A stretch of DNA of 64,000 nucleotides from the NCBI GenBank assembly GCA_026392115.1, contig JAPLCQ010000143.1, positions 819-64,818 of the forward strand, in the 5' to 3' direction. This document shows, piece by piece, positions 28,089 through 38,277 of this stretch. The notes beneath the pieces are model-generated. The model was not told where the DNA came from, made no database searches, and saw only the letters and a list, made by a program, of their open reading frames with translations. Each line of letters opens with the position of its first letter. Within the stretch, counting starts at the first letter, position 1. The DNA comes from Armatimonadota bacterium. Its GTDB lineage: Bacteria > Armatimonadota > Chthonomonadetes > Chthonomonadales > CAJBBX01. Made by a program: the position numbers and the translations under genes.

Positions 28089-30938
28089 ATGGCCCGTCTC
28101 GCCTTCGTCACGCTCCTGGCCTCACTGGCCGAGTTGTCGATCTACGCGCACGCAGCGCCGAAGCCCGCCGTACTGGACAACGGCCTGGTCCGCGCCGAGT
28201 TCGGACCTCGTGGCCTTGCGGTCCTGCGCGACAGGTCCACTGGCCGCGTGCTGAAAGTCAGGGAGGACGGCTTCTCGCTGCTGCTCGGCGATGCCACCAT
28301 CGACACGGCCTATGCCCCCGCCGTCGGCCCCGCCATGGGGAGCGACGCCGCCGCGTACACCTGCCGAAGCGGTCCTTGGACCGCGCGCGCGATCTATGAA
28401 CTGAAGCCCGGCCGGCGGTTCCTCACCAAAAGGCTCACGGTGTCCGGCAAAGGCGACCGCCCGGTGCGCGTGCGGCGGGTAGAGGTGCTGCGGCCGGTGC
28501 TGGGCTCGGCCATCGCCGAAGTGCAGCGTGTCCGCGATGTCGCCTTCCTGCGCATGGGCGCCCGTTCGGGCGGTGCAGCCGAGTGGGGGGTTTTCGTCGC
28601 CCTTCAGAACCCGTTCCTGCAGCTCATGCGCTCCAAGGGCGCCGTTTCCTGCGCCTACGTGCCGGACCTGACATGGACGCCTGACCATGGCGAGTTCAGC
28701 TCGGATCGCATCTGTGTTGGCCCCTATGAGATGAGCGGGATCACGTACCCGGCGGCGCTCCTGCCCGAGTGGAAGGCGCCCACTCCGGAAGGCGAGGCGG
28801 CCGGGCCACGCATCGACGCCGCCGAGGTGGACGCCGTGCTGGCCTGCGTGCGTGAGTTCCTCCTGCACAAGCCGCGCCGGTCGGCAAGGCTGCACGTGGG
28901 CTGGTGCGAGAACGACTACCAGATCGATATCTCCACAGCGGAAGGACGCGAGGAGTACAAGCGGATCATCGACCAGGCCGCCGCCGTGGGCTGCACCGCC
29001 CTCCTTTTCGACCCCGCCAACAGCGTGGACGCCCCGCTCGAGGAGAACCGCGACGCATGGGGTTGGGAGAACCTGCTCTGGTTCAGCATCGGCCAGAAGC
29101 TCCGCAAGGGCGAGTGGGATCCCGCCAAGCAGCCGCTCCCTGAGAGCATCGCGTCGCTGGTGGAGTATGCCCGGACCCGCGGAGTGAAGATGGTCGCCTA
29201 CGTCTATCCGTCGCTCCCCTTCATGCAGGACCCGGCATGGACCTCCTGGGTGCCCGGCGGCAGGCCCGGCGGCTATCTGGGAGCCGACACCGGCCAGCGC
29301 GCCTTCCAGGATTGGCTCCTCGACAAGATGGACGCCTTCACGAAGGGCACGGGAGCCGGCGGCTACTCCTTCGACCACTGGTGGATCGCCTACGATGAGA
29401 CGCGCAGTAGCCGCTACGAGCAGTGGGCGGGCGCCCGGCGGATTATGGAGGAGCTGCGCCGGCGGCAGCCGGACGCCGTCATCGACACGCGGCAGCAGAT
29501 TCACCACTTCGGGGTCTGGACCTGGCTGGCGGGCTCCTACCCCCATCCGCTCAACTCCGACGAGCAGCCGGAGAGCTTCCGGGCCTTCCCGGACCTCCAC
29601 TGGAGCCGGGCTTCGGCGGACCGGCAGCGGCGAACGGCCTGGTACTTCCGCACCAACTGCTTCGTGCCCGCCGAGATCATGCCCGGCTACATGCTGCACC
29701 AGACGCCGCGCCTCACCGCCGAGGGGCAGACCATGCGGACCCGGTTCCGCCCCGCTGACTGGGATCTACTGGGTTGGAAGTACTCCGTGCTGTCTTCCAT
29801 CGCGACAGCTCCGTTGAATCATGTGGTGAACATGCTGCCCGCCAGGGATTCGCGCGAGTTCGCCGCGTTCGGGGAGGCCGACCGTAAGTGGCTGCGAGGC
29901 TGGCTGGACTGGACCGATCGCCACACGGAGCTGCTGCGCGCGGGCAAGCCCATCGCATCGCTGGGCCAGCCACGCGTCGGCGGCGTGGATGGCTGGGCGG
30001 CCTGCTCCGGATCCCGTGGCTTCATCTTCCTGTTCAACCCGAACTACCGCGCGTTGCCGGCCGACCTGCGCCTGGGTGCCGAACTGGGCCTCTCCGGACG
30101 CGCTGGCATGACCATCCGGCAGCTCTACCCGGACGACGGGGCTGGCATGCTCTTGGCGCTGCCTTCCGGACCGACGTGGAAGCTGGGCGACCGGCTGAGC
30201 CTCCAGATGCCCGGTTGCTCGGTGCGCGTGTTGGAGATCGAGCCGAGCGCGCCGGTTACGGGTCCCGTGGTGATGGGCTGCACGGGCACGGCCGCGTTGC
30301 GAGACGGCATCCTCACGGTAGCAGGCGCTTCGGGCGAGCCCGGGACGGAGCGGCCCATCGCGGTGGCGCTGCCGTCGACGGGTCGTGTCCGTGAGCTGAA
30401 GGTGAACGGCGTGGCCGTCCCCTTCGAGCAGTCCGGTGCGCGGGTCCATGCGACGGTGCGCTTCGCCGGGACGCAATGCGGCGCACGCCGGCAGATCGGA
30501 GCCTTTGATCCGTCGTTCACAGGTGGCGCCTACCGGGCAGAGGCATCGGTCCCTGCGCGCGTCTGGCGGCAACTGGCAGAACGCAAGCGCGCATGGCCCG
30601 TGGAGTACACCGCCGACGAGCGCGCCACGCCCTGGCTTAACTCCGATCGGCTGATCCTGTACATCCAGGTCGCAGAACCCAACGACGGCATGCGCGTTGC
30701 GCTGAGCATCGACGCAAAGGCCGTCCCGCTGCGGCCCGCCTATTCCAGCATCGTGGGGAGCAACCCGGCCAACACCTTCGTGGGATGGATGGCCGACATT
30801 ACAGACCTATCGCCCGACTCCAAGCACGTGTTTGAGCTCCAGTTGCCCATGCTGGCGGCGGGCCAGTTCCAGGGCATGTTCCTCGACACGGTCGAGGCGG
30901 AGACGACCCCGGAGGTGGTACCGGCGGCGGTGCGCTGA
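28089..30938 (+). CDS. Large secreted hypothetical protein, probable TIM-barrel glycoside hydrolase (GH36/clan D-like layout)
   Basis: GGAGG RBS and signal peptide; N-terminal beta-supersandwich-like region (LDNGLVRAEF), HVGWCENDYQ, YSFDHWW, FIFLFNP. Confidence 0.6.
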   Translation: MARLAFVTLLASLAELSIYAHAAPKPAVLDNGLVRAEFGPRGLAVLRDRSTGRVLKVREDGFSLLLGDATIDTAYAPAVGPAMGSDAAAYTCRSGPWTARAIYELKPGRRFLTKRLTVSGKGDRPVRVRRVEVLRPVLGSAIAEVQRVRDVAFLRMGARSGGAAEWGVFVALQNPFLQLMRSKGAVSCAYVPDLTWTPDHGEFSSDRICVGPYEMSGITYPAALLPEWKAPTPEGEAAGPRIDAAEVDAVLACVREFLLHKPRRSARLHVGWCENDYQIDISTAEGREEYKRIIDQAAAVGCTALLFDPANSVDAPLEENRDAWGWENLLWFSIGQKLRKGEWDPAKQPLPESIASLVEYARTRGVKMVAYVYPSLPFMQDPAWTSWVPGGRPGGYLGADTGQRAFQDWLLDKMDAFTKGTGAGGYSFDHWWIAYDETRSSRYEQWAGARRIMEELRRRQPDAVIDTRQQIHHFGVWTWLAGSYPHPLNSDEQPESFRAFPDLHWSRASADRQRRTAWYFRTNCFVPAEIMPGYMLHQTPRLTAEGQTMRTRFRPADWDLLGWKYSVLSSIATAPLNHVVNMLPARDSREFAAFGEADRKWLRGWLDWTDRHTELLRAGKPIASLGQPRVGGVDGWAACSGSRGFIFLFNPNYRALPADLRLGAELGLSGRAGMTIRQLYPDDGAGMLLALPSGPTWKLGDRLSLQMPGCSVRVLEIEPSAPVTGPVVMGCTGTAALRDGILTVAGASGEPGTERPIAVALPSTGRVRELKVNGVAVPFEQSGARVHATVRFAGTQCGARRQIGAFDPSFTGGAYRAEASVPARVWRQLAERKRAWPVEYTADERATPWLNSDRLILYIQVAEPNDGMRVALSIDAKAVPLRPAYSSIVGSNPANTFVGWMADITDLSPDSKHVFELQLPMLAAGQFQGMFLDTVEAETTPEVVPAAVR

Positions 30939-30962
30939 CGAGCTCGGCCGGCCTCGTCAGCG
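30933..30962. terminator. Hairpin at the end of a convergent gene pair
   Basis: CGCTGACGAG-N10-CTCGTCAGCG, a 10-bp stem overlapping the stop at 30938. Confidence 0.5.
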
Positions 30963-31076
30963 TGGCCGTCTTGCGGCGACCCAGTCCTGCACCGCCGCCA
31001 GACTGGAGTGCGGAACCGACGGTGGTGCGGCTTGGACGTCTATGTTACGACCTTCCTCGGCCATTCGCATCTACTC

Positions 31077-34000
31077 CTACCACCGAATCACGGCGTGGCG
31101 GACCCTTGGGTTCTTGGGGAGGGGCGAGGGGGCCGGCGGGGTTGTGTAGAGATGCTCCAGCACCTTGCTGACCAGAGGCAGGACCGCGCCGGGCTCCGGC
31201 CAGAAGCCGCCGATGCGCCAGTACCAGCCCCATCCGCCCAGCCGGTAGCCGCCGATGTAGTCCTTGCCGCCGCCGATGACGAGCGTGGTGTGTGCCGCCG
31301 ATCCGGAACCGGCCAAGCCGCGGTTGGCGGGCGCCGCCATCTCCTCAAGCGCTGTGGTCAGGTCGAAGCCCAGCATGGCGCGTCCGGCGTCGGTAACTCG
31401 TAGGGGAGCGGGTTGGGCGTCGACCGGGCCATCGCCCACTTCCACCCCGATGCGGGCCACGCCGGCCGGGCCGATGGCCCCGGCGCTCCAGCCCTCGCCC
31501 GAGCGGACCAGCGCCGCGTAGTGCGTGTAGCCCGCGGTCTCCCACCAGCAGCCGCCCTGGCTGACGTAGCGCCGCACGGCGTCCAGCGTCTCGGTCCATC
31601 GGTCGGCGGCGGTTGCCGGGAAGCCCTCGCCGTAGGGGTTCACGATGGCGAACCAGCTCTTCCGGCCGGCCCGTAGCGCGGCGAGCAGCTCCTCAGCCGT
31701 TGCGATCACCTTCACCTCGAGGCCATGCTTGGCCGCCACAGGCGAGGAGGCCAAGGCCTTCACCCAGTCGGTGGGCCGGATGCGCGTCCAGGTGGGCTCA
31801 GGGCCGGGGCCGAGGTCGATGACCCCGACGGCGGGCTTCGCGCCGGGCCATGCGCTCGGGGCGACCCTCGCGGCGTCGGCCGGAGGCGCCAGCGGCTTCT
31901 CGGCGGCTACTACGGGCATGGTGACGGAGAGCTTGCCTGCGTTTGCCGCGGTGCCGGCGGGCTTCGCGCCGTCGAAGGTCACCGTCGCGGCGCCGGAGAC
32001 GGGCTTCGGCAACTCGACCGTGACGCCTGCCGCCGCCGGCGCGTAGAGCCAGGCATCGGCGGACCTGCCATCGGGCCGCAGCTTGGTGACGAAGCGGCTG
32101 CCGGCCCGCACGCCGGGCGCCTCGGCTCTGAACCCGAAGCCGGGCAGGTTGTCCGGGCCGGCTGTGGCCTCGCGGCCGAGGTTGGCGGTAATCTTCACGT
32201 CGCCATAGGTGGCTCGGATCACCCCATCGTCACTCGCCTCGGACATGCCCTGAGGCCGCTCGTGGTGGAACGCTCCTACGGGCGCCCCGACATACCGCGA
32301 GACGACGGCCTTCTGGAGGGCGTCGAGCCAGAGCAGCCACTGCCTCGCGGGACCATCGGACGCGATGGCCTGTGCCGAGGCGGCGTAGCTGAGCCCGAAG
32401 CCGAGGCCCAGCGTCCACGTGAGCGTCTCGTCGTTGGTGACGAACTGGCCCAGGTCGTGGTGGATCATAGAGGCCTTGTCGTGCGCCAGCCTCTGGGCCA
32501 GTGGATAGATGCTCCAGGTCTCCGGCGCGATAGTCTCTCGAAGCAGGCGTCGCCACTCGGGCGCGCGCTCGGTGGGAACCAGGTTCCACGTCATGCCGCA
32601 GAGCTGCGCCTCGTACTGGGCCACGCGGTCCCAGCCGCTCTCGGTGGAGAGGGGCGCCTTTGCCGCGTCCTCGGCCACCATGGAGAGGAGGCCCTGCACG
32701 TAGGCGTCCGGCGCGGGAGAGCCCTCGCTGGTGTCGAAAGACCATGTACGGGCCCCGCACTGGTCCTGGAACAGCAGGTCCACCGGCACGGTTTCGGTGA
32801 ACTGCGCCACGGTCTTGCGGTTGGCTTCGCGGACGGCGGGATGCCAGTAGCAGATGGTCCATCCATCGTTCAGTCCGTACTTCTCGTAGACAGGCCTGCC
32901 CGCCAGGTCCTTCACCAGCGGCGCCTCGCCGGCGGCCACGAAGGTGGGGCCCCGTGGGTTGTCGCACCACCACGTTGGGTTCGTGTAGGGCATCACGAGG
33001 TGGCCGAGCTTCTGCGCCCGGGCGGTCATCTGCTGGAGGTCGGCCAGCGTCCCGAAGGCGGCGTTGGGCGGCAGGTGGTCGGGGTACTGCTTGTCGAACC
33101 CGCCGTGCAGGTAGTCGGCGAAGTGCACGAGCGTTGGGCGCGGGAGGGCCGTCAGGGCGGCTGCTTTGTCGCGCGCGCCGCCCGACAGGTAGAGCAGCAC
33201 TGCGTTGCGGAAGCGGGCCAGCGTCCCCGGCCGCATCTTGGCCGCGAGCTTCCGCGTGATGCCGTTGGCGACGGCGTAGCGCGCGAGACCGGACTCGGCG
33301 CTGGAGCCCAGGGCGATGCGGGTGATGGGCGATCGCCACGTGGTTCCGGCCTTCACGAAGGGTGCGTAGCCGCGGTCGAAGTACCCGCCTTCGGCGTCGG
33401 AACCGCAGGCCAGCTCCCCCGACGTGAGGAGCTCGGTCGTGGTCCAGGGCTTGGTCGGCAGGGGCTGCACACGGTAGATCGAAGCCGAACCGGCCTGTGC
33501 GTCCAGGTGCGCGAAGTCGGCGAAGAGGGCCGGGTAGCGCCCGGCGAAGCGGTAGTGCCGCACCGGGGCCATGGCGTAGAAGAAGGGGTGGCCGCCGGTC
33601 TCGATCCACGTCCCACCGGCCCTGGCGAAGCCCACGATGGCCGCCACCGTCGCCTTCATGTCGGCCTGAGGCAGCGTGGGACACCACTCGCCGTAGGGGT
33701 TGATGACCACGGCGCAGTCGCCGCTTCGGAGCGTCTCGGCCAGTTGCGCGGGGTCCTGGATCACCACGGTGTCGGCCGAACCCCGAAGGGCTTCGAGCCA
33801 TTCCACGGCCGGTACCGCCGACCAGCCTCCGTTGGCGGGGGCGCGGCGGAGCGCAACGACGCCCACCTTGCGGCGTTTGGCTGGCGCCTCGGCCGCCAGA
33901 CGCGCGGCGATACGGGAAACGGCGTCGCGGGCCAGCCCGGCCTCGGCGGCGCCGACCGCCCCGCCGATGCGCCATGCCCAACCGATACCCACGCGCCGTC

Positions 34001-34772
34001 CGCTGAGCCACGGTCCGTTGTCCGACTCCGCCAGCGTTACGTCCGACGTGCCGGGCGCGCACGGCCGGTTCACGACGGCTCGGCCGGCCGCGATGCGTTG
34101 GGCCAGACCGTCGCCCAGCCACTGGCGCGTCAGTGCGGTGGGTCGGAGGGCCGCGGCTACGTCCTGGTCCGCGCGCTGCACGGGCGGGCCGCCGAAGAGC
34201 GTCGCGCAATGCTCGGCGCCGGCGATGGTCGGCTCCCAGGCGCTCGATCGCTCCGGCGGCTGGGGAAGGAAGAACCGGCTGTTGAACTCCATGCCCACGG
34301 ACTGGTTGCCGTCGCAAGGGAAGATGAACCGCCGCACGCCCTGCGCCTCGAACCGGAGCCGCGCGGGCAGCTCAAAGGCGAGCAGCACGTCTGTACGCGG
34401 CGTCACGGCGGCCCGCAGGTCCAGTTCTGAACCTGCCACACCGGCGGTCACCGTCACGTCCAGGTCCGGACCCGTGAACCGCAGCGTGGCTCCCTTGCCC
34501 GATGCCGCACGCACTACTGTGAAGCGTCGCTCGCCGGAGCTCGGTGCGTACTGCGCCGCATCGATCACCGTGCCGTTCCGCAACCGAGCCCGCCAGAGGC
34601 CGGACTCACCCGTGCGAACGATCACCTTGCCGGAGGGACCGCGCAGCGTCAACGGGGCCCCCGGTCCGGCGGCCAGTTCGGCAGAGCCGCCCGCCATCGG
34701 TAGGCGCGTCTGGGCGGATCCGGTCGAGGCGAGGCAGGCGGTGATCAACGCCGCCAGGGCGGTGCGGTGCAT
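31077..34772 (-). CDS. Large secreted putative glycoside hydrolase (DUF6259/DUF5696-like barrel) with two GATase-like accessory domains
   Basis: GGAGG RBS before MHRTALAAL; GGFDKQYPDHLPP, MPYTNPTWW, DLLFQDQCG; two NPYGE-containing domains. Confidence 0.7.
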   Translation of the reverse strand: MHRTALAALITACLASTGSAQTRLPMAGGSAELAAGPGAPLTLRGPSGKVIVRTGESGLWRARLRNGTVIDAAQYAPSSGERRFTVVRAASGKGATLRFTGPDLDVTVTAGVAGSELDLRAAVTPRTDVLLAFELPARLRFEAQGVRRFIFPCDGNQSVGMEFNSRFFLPQPPERSSAWEPTIAGAEHCATLFGGPPVQRADQDVAAALRPTALTRQWLGDGLAQRIAAGRAVVNRPCAPGTSDVTLAESDNGPWLSGRRVGIGWAWRIGGAVGAAEAGLARDAVSRIAARLAAEAPAKRRKVGVVALRRAPANGGWSAVPAVEWLEALRGSADTVVIQDPAQLAETLRSGDCAVVINPYGEWCPTLPQADMKATVAAIVGFARAGGTWIETGGHPFFYAMAPVRHYRFAGRYPALFADFAHLDAQAGSASIYRVQPLPTKPWTTTELLTSGELACGSDAEGGYFDRGYAPFVKAGTTWRSPITRIALGSSAESGLARYAVANGITRKLAAKMRPGTLARFRNAVLLYLSGGARDKAAALTALPRPTLVHFADYLHGGFDKQYPDHLPPNAAFGTLADLQQMTARAQKLGHLVMPYTNPTWWCDNPRGPTFVAAGEAPLVKDLAGRPVYEKYGLNDGWTICYWHPAVREANRKTVAQFTETVPVDLLFQDQCGARTWSFDTSEGSPAPDAYVQGLLSMVAEDAAKAPLSTESGWDRVAQYEAQLCGMTWNLVPTERAPEWRRLLRETIAPETWSIYPLAQRLAHDKASMIHHDLGQFVTNDETLTWTLGLGFGLSYAASAQAIASDGPARQWLLWLDALQKAVVSRYVGAPVGAFHHERPQGMSEASDDGVIRATYGDVKITANLGREATAGPDNLPGFGFRAEAPGVRAGSRFVTKLRPDGRSADAWLYAPAAAGVTVELPKPVSGAATVTFDGAKPAGTAANAGKLSVTMPVVAAEKPLAPPADAARVAPSAWPGAKPAVGVIDLGPGPEPTWTRIRPTDWVKALASSPVAAKHGLEVKVIATAEELLAALRAGRKSWFAIVNPYGEGFPATAADRWTETLDAVRRYVSQGGCWWETAGYTHYAALVRSGEGWSAGAIGPAGVARIGVEVGDGPVDAQPAPLRVTDAGRAMLGFDLTTALEEMAAPANRGLAGSGSAAHTTLVIGGGKDYIGGYRLGGWGWYWRIGGFWPEPGAVLPLVSKVLEHLYTTPPAPSPLPKNPRVRHAVIRW

Positions 34773-34881
34773 GAGCGGGACCTCCGAGTCGCGCGGGCCG
34801 ATGCGCCCGCCTGTGGCGTTATACCTGCTGGTCTGGCGCACACACAGAGCCGAAGCGCGGCCGCATGGGCTAACATCATCC

Positions 34882-36987
34882 ATGCAACCACTCACATTCG
34901 GCTCTGGCGCGTTCGCCGCGGCTCTGGATCCTGCCTCCTGGTCGGTCACCGTTACCCATGGCGGCGCGGAATGGGCCCTCGCCGGGCCCGTCGCCGGCTT
35001 CGGGTACCTCGGCATCGGCGGCAAGGCTCTGGCCCTCGGTGTCGCCGACGGCGTGCCGCTGACCTGGGCGGCAGCGGGGAAGCGCGGCCTTCGCGCTGAT
35101 GGCGCAGTGCCCGGAGCCGACCTGCGCGTGGTGATCATGTTCGCGCTGGCCGGATCGGATCGCCTCGCCTGCCGCCTGGACCTGACGGGTCCCGACTGCG
35201 GCAAGGTGGACTACGTTGTCTTCCCCTACTCGCCGCAGGTGCGCGGGTCCGCGTCGCGCATCGTCGTGCCCCAGTGGCTGGGCCTCCTGGTGCCCGCCGA
35301 AGGGCCTGACCTGGCCATTCGACGCACGGTCTGGCAGCGCCCGCTCTCCATGCGGTTCATGGGCCTGACGCAGACGCTGGACCCGGAGAGCCCTGCCTGC
35401 GTGGCCATCCTGCAGGACTCGTTGGAGCGCTTGGTGGAGATCCGGCGCGACAAGGGCGTCGCCGGCTTCTCCTACATCGGCGAGCCCTCCTACTTCGAGC
35501 GAGCGGCGCAGACGCGGTCCCAGTCGCTGGAGTTTCGTTTCCTGCGTGGCGGCTACGTGAAGATCGCGGCTGCCTACCGCGACTGGATGCGCCGCCGCCC
35601 CGAGTGGCGCACACTGACTACGCGCACTCGCCCCTGCTCGCCCCGCCAGATTGGCGGCGCCCAGATGTTCGGCCACATCCCGTGCGACTACGGCGGCCCG
35701 ACGGTGACCACGTTCGACGAGTTCCTCCCGCGCATCCGGGCTCTGAAGGAGGCAGGCATCGAGCGCGCCATCTTCCACCTGGGCGGATGGAACCGTGACG
35801 GCTACGACAGCCACTACCCGGACATCCTGCCGGCCAACCCGCGTTGCGGCGGCGACGAGGGCATGCGTCGGCTGACCGACGCCATCGACGAGCTTGGATA
35901 CGTCTGCACGCCCCACGACGACCTGGCCATTATCTCCACGGACTCGCCCAGCTTCGACACCAAGCTGGCCGCCCGGGCGCCGAATGGGGAACTTCACAAC
36001 GGCGGTGTCTACCGCGAGCAGCAGTACCGCATCGCCACCGCCGAGGCTCAGACACGCTTCGCCGAGCGCAACATGCCGCAGGTCGCCAAGCGCTACCCAA
36101 GGCTGCACGGGTACCTGTTTGACGTGGTGACCTCCTACCCGCCGTTGGAGGACCACGCGTTCACGCCACCGCTGTCCAAGGCGGCCGACATCGCCGCGCG
36201 GACGGGTTCGCTACGGGTCGCCCGACGAGAGTTCTCGCGGTTCATGGTCTGTGAGTCGATCACCGATTGGGCCATCGAGTACCTGGACTCCGCCTTCATG
36301 GCAGAGGAGGGGTACCAGCACAAGGGCGACGGCGGCTGGTCCGTCGATGCGCTCTACGGCGAGATCGTGCCGCTCTGGGAGATGGTCTACCACGATTCGA
36401 TCATCGGCATTCGTGAGTCGACGATTCATGTCAACACGCCCATGGAGACCGAGGACCCGTTCCTGCGGTACCTGCGCATCTTCCTGAAGACGCTTCGGGC
36501 GGGCACGCTTCCCCCTTGCTTCTACTCAGACGACCTGCGCCTGAATGTGCTGGCGAGCTACAGGGCCAGTGCCAAGCAGGAGTGCGGCGGCTGGTCGCGT
36601 CTGGACGTGAGACAGCTCCTGGCCGCCGTCAGCAAGCTCAGCACGTGGCTGGCAGATGCCGTGTTCACGGCTCCCATGGTGGATCACCGATTTGTGGGCG
36701 GCAGCCTCTACCGCGAGCGGACGGTGTTCCGGACGCCGAAGGGCCCGGTTACGGTCACGGTCAACACCGGCATCGACGCATGGAGCCCGGAGCCGGGCTG
36801 GACGCTCCCGCCGTTGGGCCTGATGATCGTTGGGCCGGGCCTGCTGGCGTACCATGCCGAGGAGGCCGCGGGCCATCGCTTCGCCACGCCCACGCTGGCG
36901 GCAGCGCGGCGGGGGCAGGTATTCCGCGCGTTCGGCGATCGGGAGATAGTCACGGGCTTGGATCCGGTCACCATCGCCACACAGTAG
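34882..36987 (+). CDS. DUF5696 / GH129-GH101-like glycoside hydrolase, no signal peptide
   Basis: GGYVKIAAAYR, HLGGWNRDGYDSHYPDILPANPRCGG, YLFDV, VPLWEMVYHD. The real start is MQPLTFG at 34882; the upstream part of the track ORF is antisense to the 31077-34772 gene. Confidence 0.75.
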   Translation: MQPLTFGSGAFAAALDPASWSVTVTHGGAEWALAGPVAGFGYLGIGGKALALGVADGVPLTWAAAGKRGLRADGAVPGADLRVVIMFALAGSDRLACRLDLTGPDCGKVDYVVFPYSPQVRGSASRIVVPQWLGLLVPAEGPDLAIRRTVWQRPLSMRFMGLTQTLDPESPACVAILQDSLERLVEIRRDKGVAGFSYIGEPSYFERAAQTRSQSLEFRFLRGGYVKIAAAYRDWMRRRPEWRTLTTRTRPCSPRQIGGAQMFGHIPCDYGGPTVTTFDEFLPRIRALKEAGIERAIFHLGGWNRDGYDSHYPDILPANPRCGGDEGMRRLTDAIDELGYVCTPHDDLAIISTDSPSFDTKLAARAPNGELHNGGVYREQQYRIATAEAQTRFAERNMPQVAKRYPRLHGYLFDVVTSYPPLEDHAFTPPLSKAADIAARTGSLRVARREFSRFMVCESITDWAIEYLDSAFMAEEGYQHKGDGGWSVDALYGEIVPLWEMVYHDSIIGIRESTIHVNTPMETEDPFLRYLRIFLKTLRAGTLPPCFYSDDLRLNVLASYRASAKQECGGWSRLDVRQLLAAVSKLSTWLADAVFTAPMVDHRFVGGSLYRERTVFRTPKGPVTVTVNTGIDAWSPEPGWTLPPLGLMIVGPGLLAYHAEEAAGHRFATPTLAAARRGQVFRAFGDREIVTGLDPVTIATQ

Positions 36988-37026
36988 TCCGGCTCGGGTC
37001 GGTGATGCGGCGCCGGGCCGCCCCGG

Positions 37027-37929
37027 CTACTGGCTGCCCGCGCCCTTCACACGCATCTGGACGCTGTAGAGGCACTTGCCCGCGGTGATGAAGAGCGTCT
37101 TGCGATCGCGGCCGCCGAAGCAGGCGTTGGAGGTCCATCCCTCCGGCACGTCGATCTGCTCGACCCGGCGTCCTTCCCGGTCGAAGACGGTGACACCCCG
37201 GCCCGTTACGTAGACGTTGCCCTCGGCGTCGAGCGTCATGCCGTCGGAGCCCATGGAGCAGAAGATCCGCTTGTCGGTGAGAGAGCCGTCGGCTGCGATG
37301 CGGTAGGCGTAGGTCTTGCCCGCTCCGATGTCGGCCACGTAGAGCGCCTTGCCGTCCGGCGTGCCGATGATGCCGTTGGGCTGCACGAGGTCATCGGCCA
37401 CGCAGGCGACCTCCTTGCCGTCCGGCGCGACGCGGTAGACGGCCTGCTTGGCGCGCGGCTGGGCCGAGTGGCTCCAGTAGGGCCTCTTGTAGAACGGATC
37501 CGTGATGTAGATGCTTCCATCACGGTGCGCCCAGAGGTCATTGGGGCCATTCAGGCGCGGGCCGTCGCCAAACCGCTTGATGGTCGCCTTCACGCTCTTC
37601 TTGCGCAGATCAATGGCCCGGAGCTCCCCGGCCTCGTCGGCGCACGCCCAGAGCGTCCCCCGTGCATCAAAGCAGAGCCCGTTGGCTCGTCCGCATGGCT
37701 GAAGCAACGTAGAGAGCTTGCCGTCGACGCTCCAGAGCAGGATGCGGTCATTGGGCTGGTCGGTGAAGTAGACCGACCCATCCGCCGCGCAGGTAGGCCC
37801 CTCCGTGAAGGAGAATCCGTCGGCGAGTCGCGTCAGGCTGGCGCCTTCCGCGGTCACGGGGTCGGCCGTACAGTGGCCGCCCAGCGCAAGCGCTATAGCC
37901 ACGAGCCAAATCCACAGCGCTGATCGCAT
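37027..37929 (-). CDS. SMP-30/gluconolactonase/LRE family protein (secreted)
   Basis: FSFTEGP, NGPNDL, PNGIIGTPDG, SDGMTLDAEGN, NACFGG; signal peptide MRSALWIWL. Confidence 0.9.
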   Translation of the reverse strand: MRSALWIWLVAIALALGGHCTADPVTAEGASLTRLADGFSFTEGPTCAADGSVYFTDQPNDRILLWSVDGKLSTLLQPCGRANGLCFDARGTLWACADEAGELRAIDLRKKSVKATIKRFGDGPRLNGPNDLWAHRDGSIYITDPFYKRPYWSHSAQPRAKQAVYRVAPDGKEVACVADDLVQPNGIIGTPDGKALYVADIGAGKTYAYRIAADGSLTDKRIFCSMGSDGMTLDAEGNVYVTGRGVTVFDREGRRVEQIDVPEGWTSNACFGGRDRKTLFITAGKCLYSVQMRVKGAGSQ

Positions 37930-37933
37930 GGGA

Positions 37934-38277
37934 TCAGAGGCCCAGGACGGCGCGCAGCGCTGCAGCCACGAGCGCCATCTGCTCGTCCGATAGCTGGCCG
38001 GTGACTGCGAGCAGCCGTTGCCGGTCCACGGCGCGAATCTGCTCGCAGAGCACCACGGAGTCTTCGCGCAGTCCGCCACTGCCGGCAGGCACCAGCACAT
38101 GCGAGGGCAGAAGGGCTCGCCGAATGCGCGTTGTGAAGGCGACGACAATGGTGTGGGGGCTGACCGCGTTGCCCGGTCCACCTGCACCACGAGGACCGGC
38201 CGTACCCCTGCCTGTTCGGTCCCGATGACGGGATTGAGGTCGCACCGCGCCACGTCGCCGCGAATCGCCGTTACCAA
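37934..38277 (-). pseudogene. mazF: MazF/PemK type II toxin, frameshifted
   Basis: The N-terminal half IRGDVARCDLNPVIGTEQAGVRPVLVVQ is in one frame. The C-terminal half NAVSPHTIVVAFTT...GLREDSVVLCEQIRAVDRQRL is in another. One base is missing near 38169-38174. Confidence 0.88.

Noticed and set aside
31725-34430. 901-aa plus-strand ORF and similar long ORFs (18544-20358, 22152-24518, 52933-56109, 57806-59815)
   Set aside because: Stop-poor antisense frames expected in high-GC coding DNA; no motifs, and each mirrors a well-supported gene.
37027-38277. 416-aa MazF-gluconolactonase fusion as an evolved protein
   Set aside because: Produced by the mazF frameshift; the middle is out-of-frame toxin sequence and the lactonase has its own Met and signal peptide.
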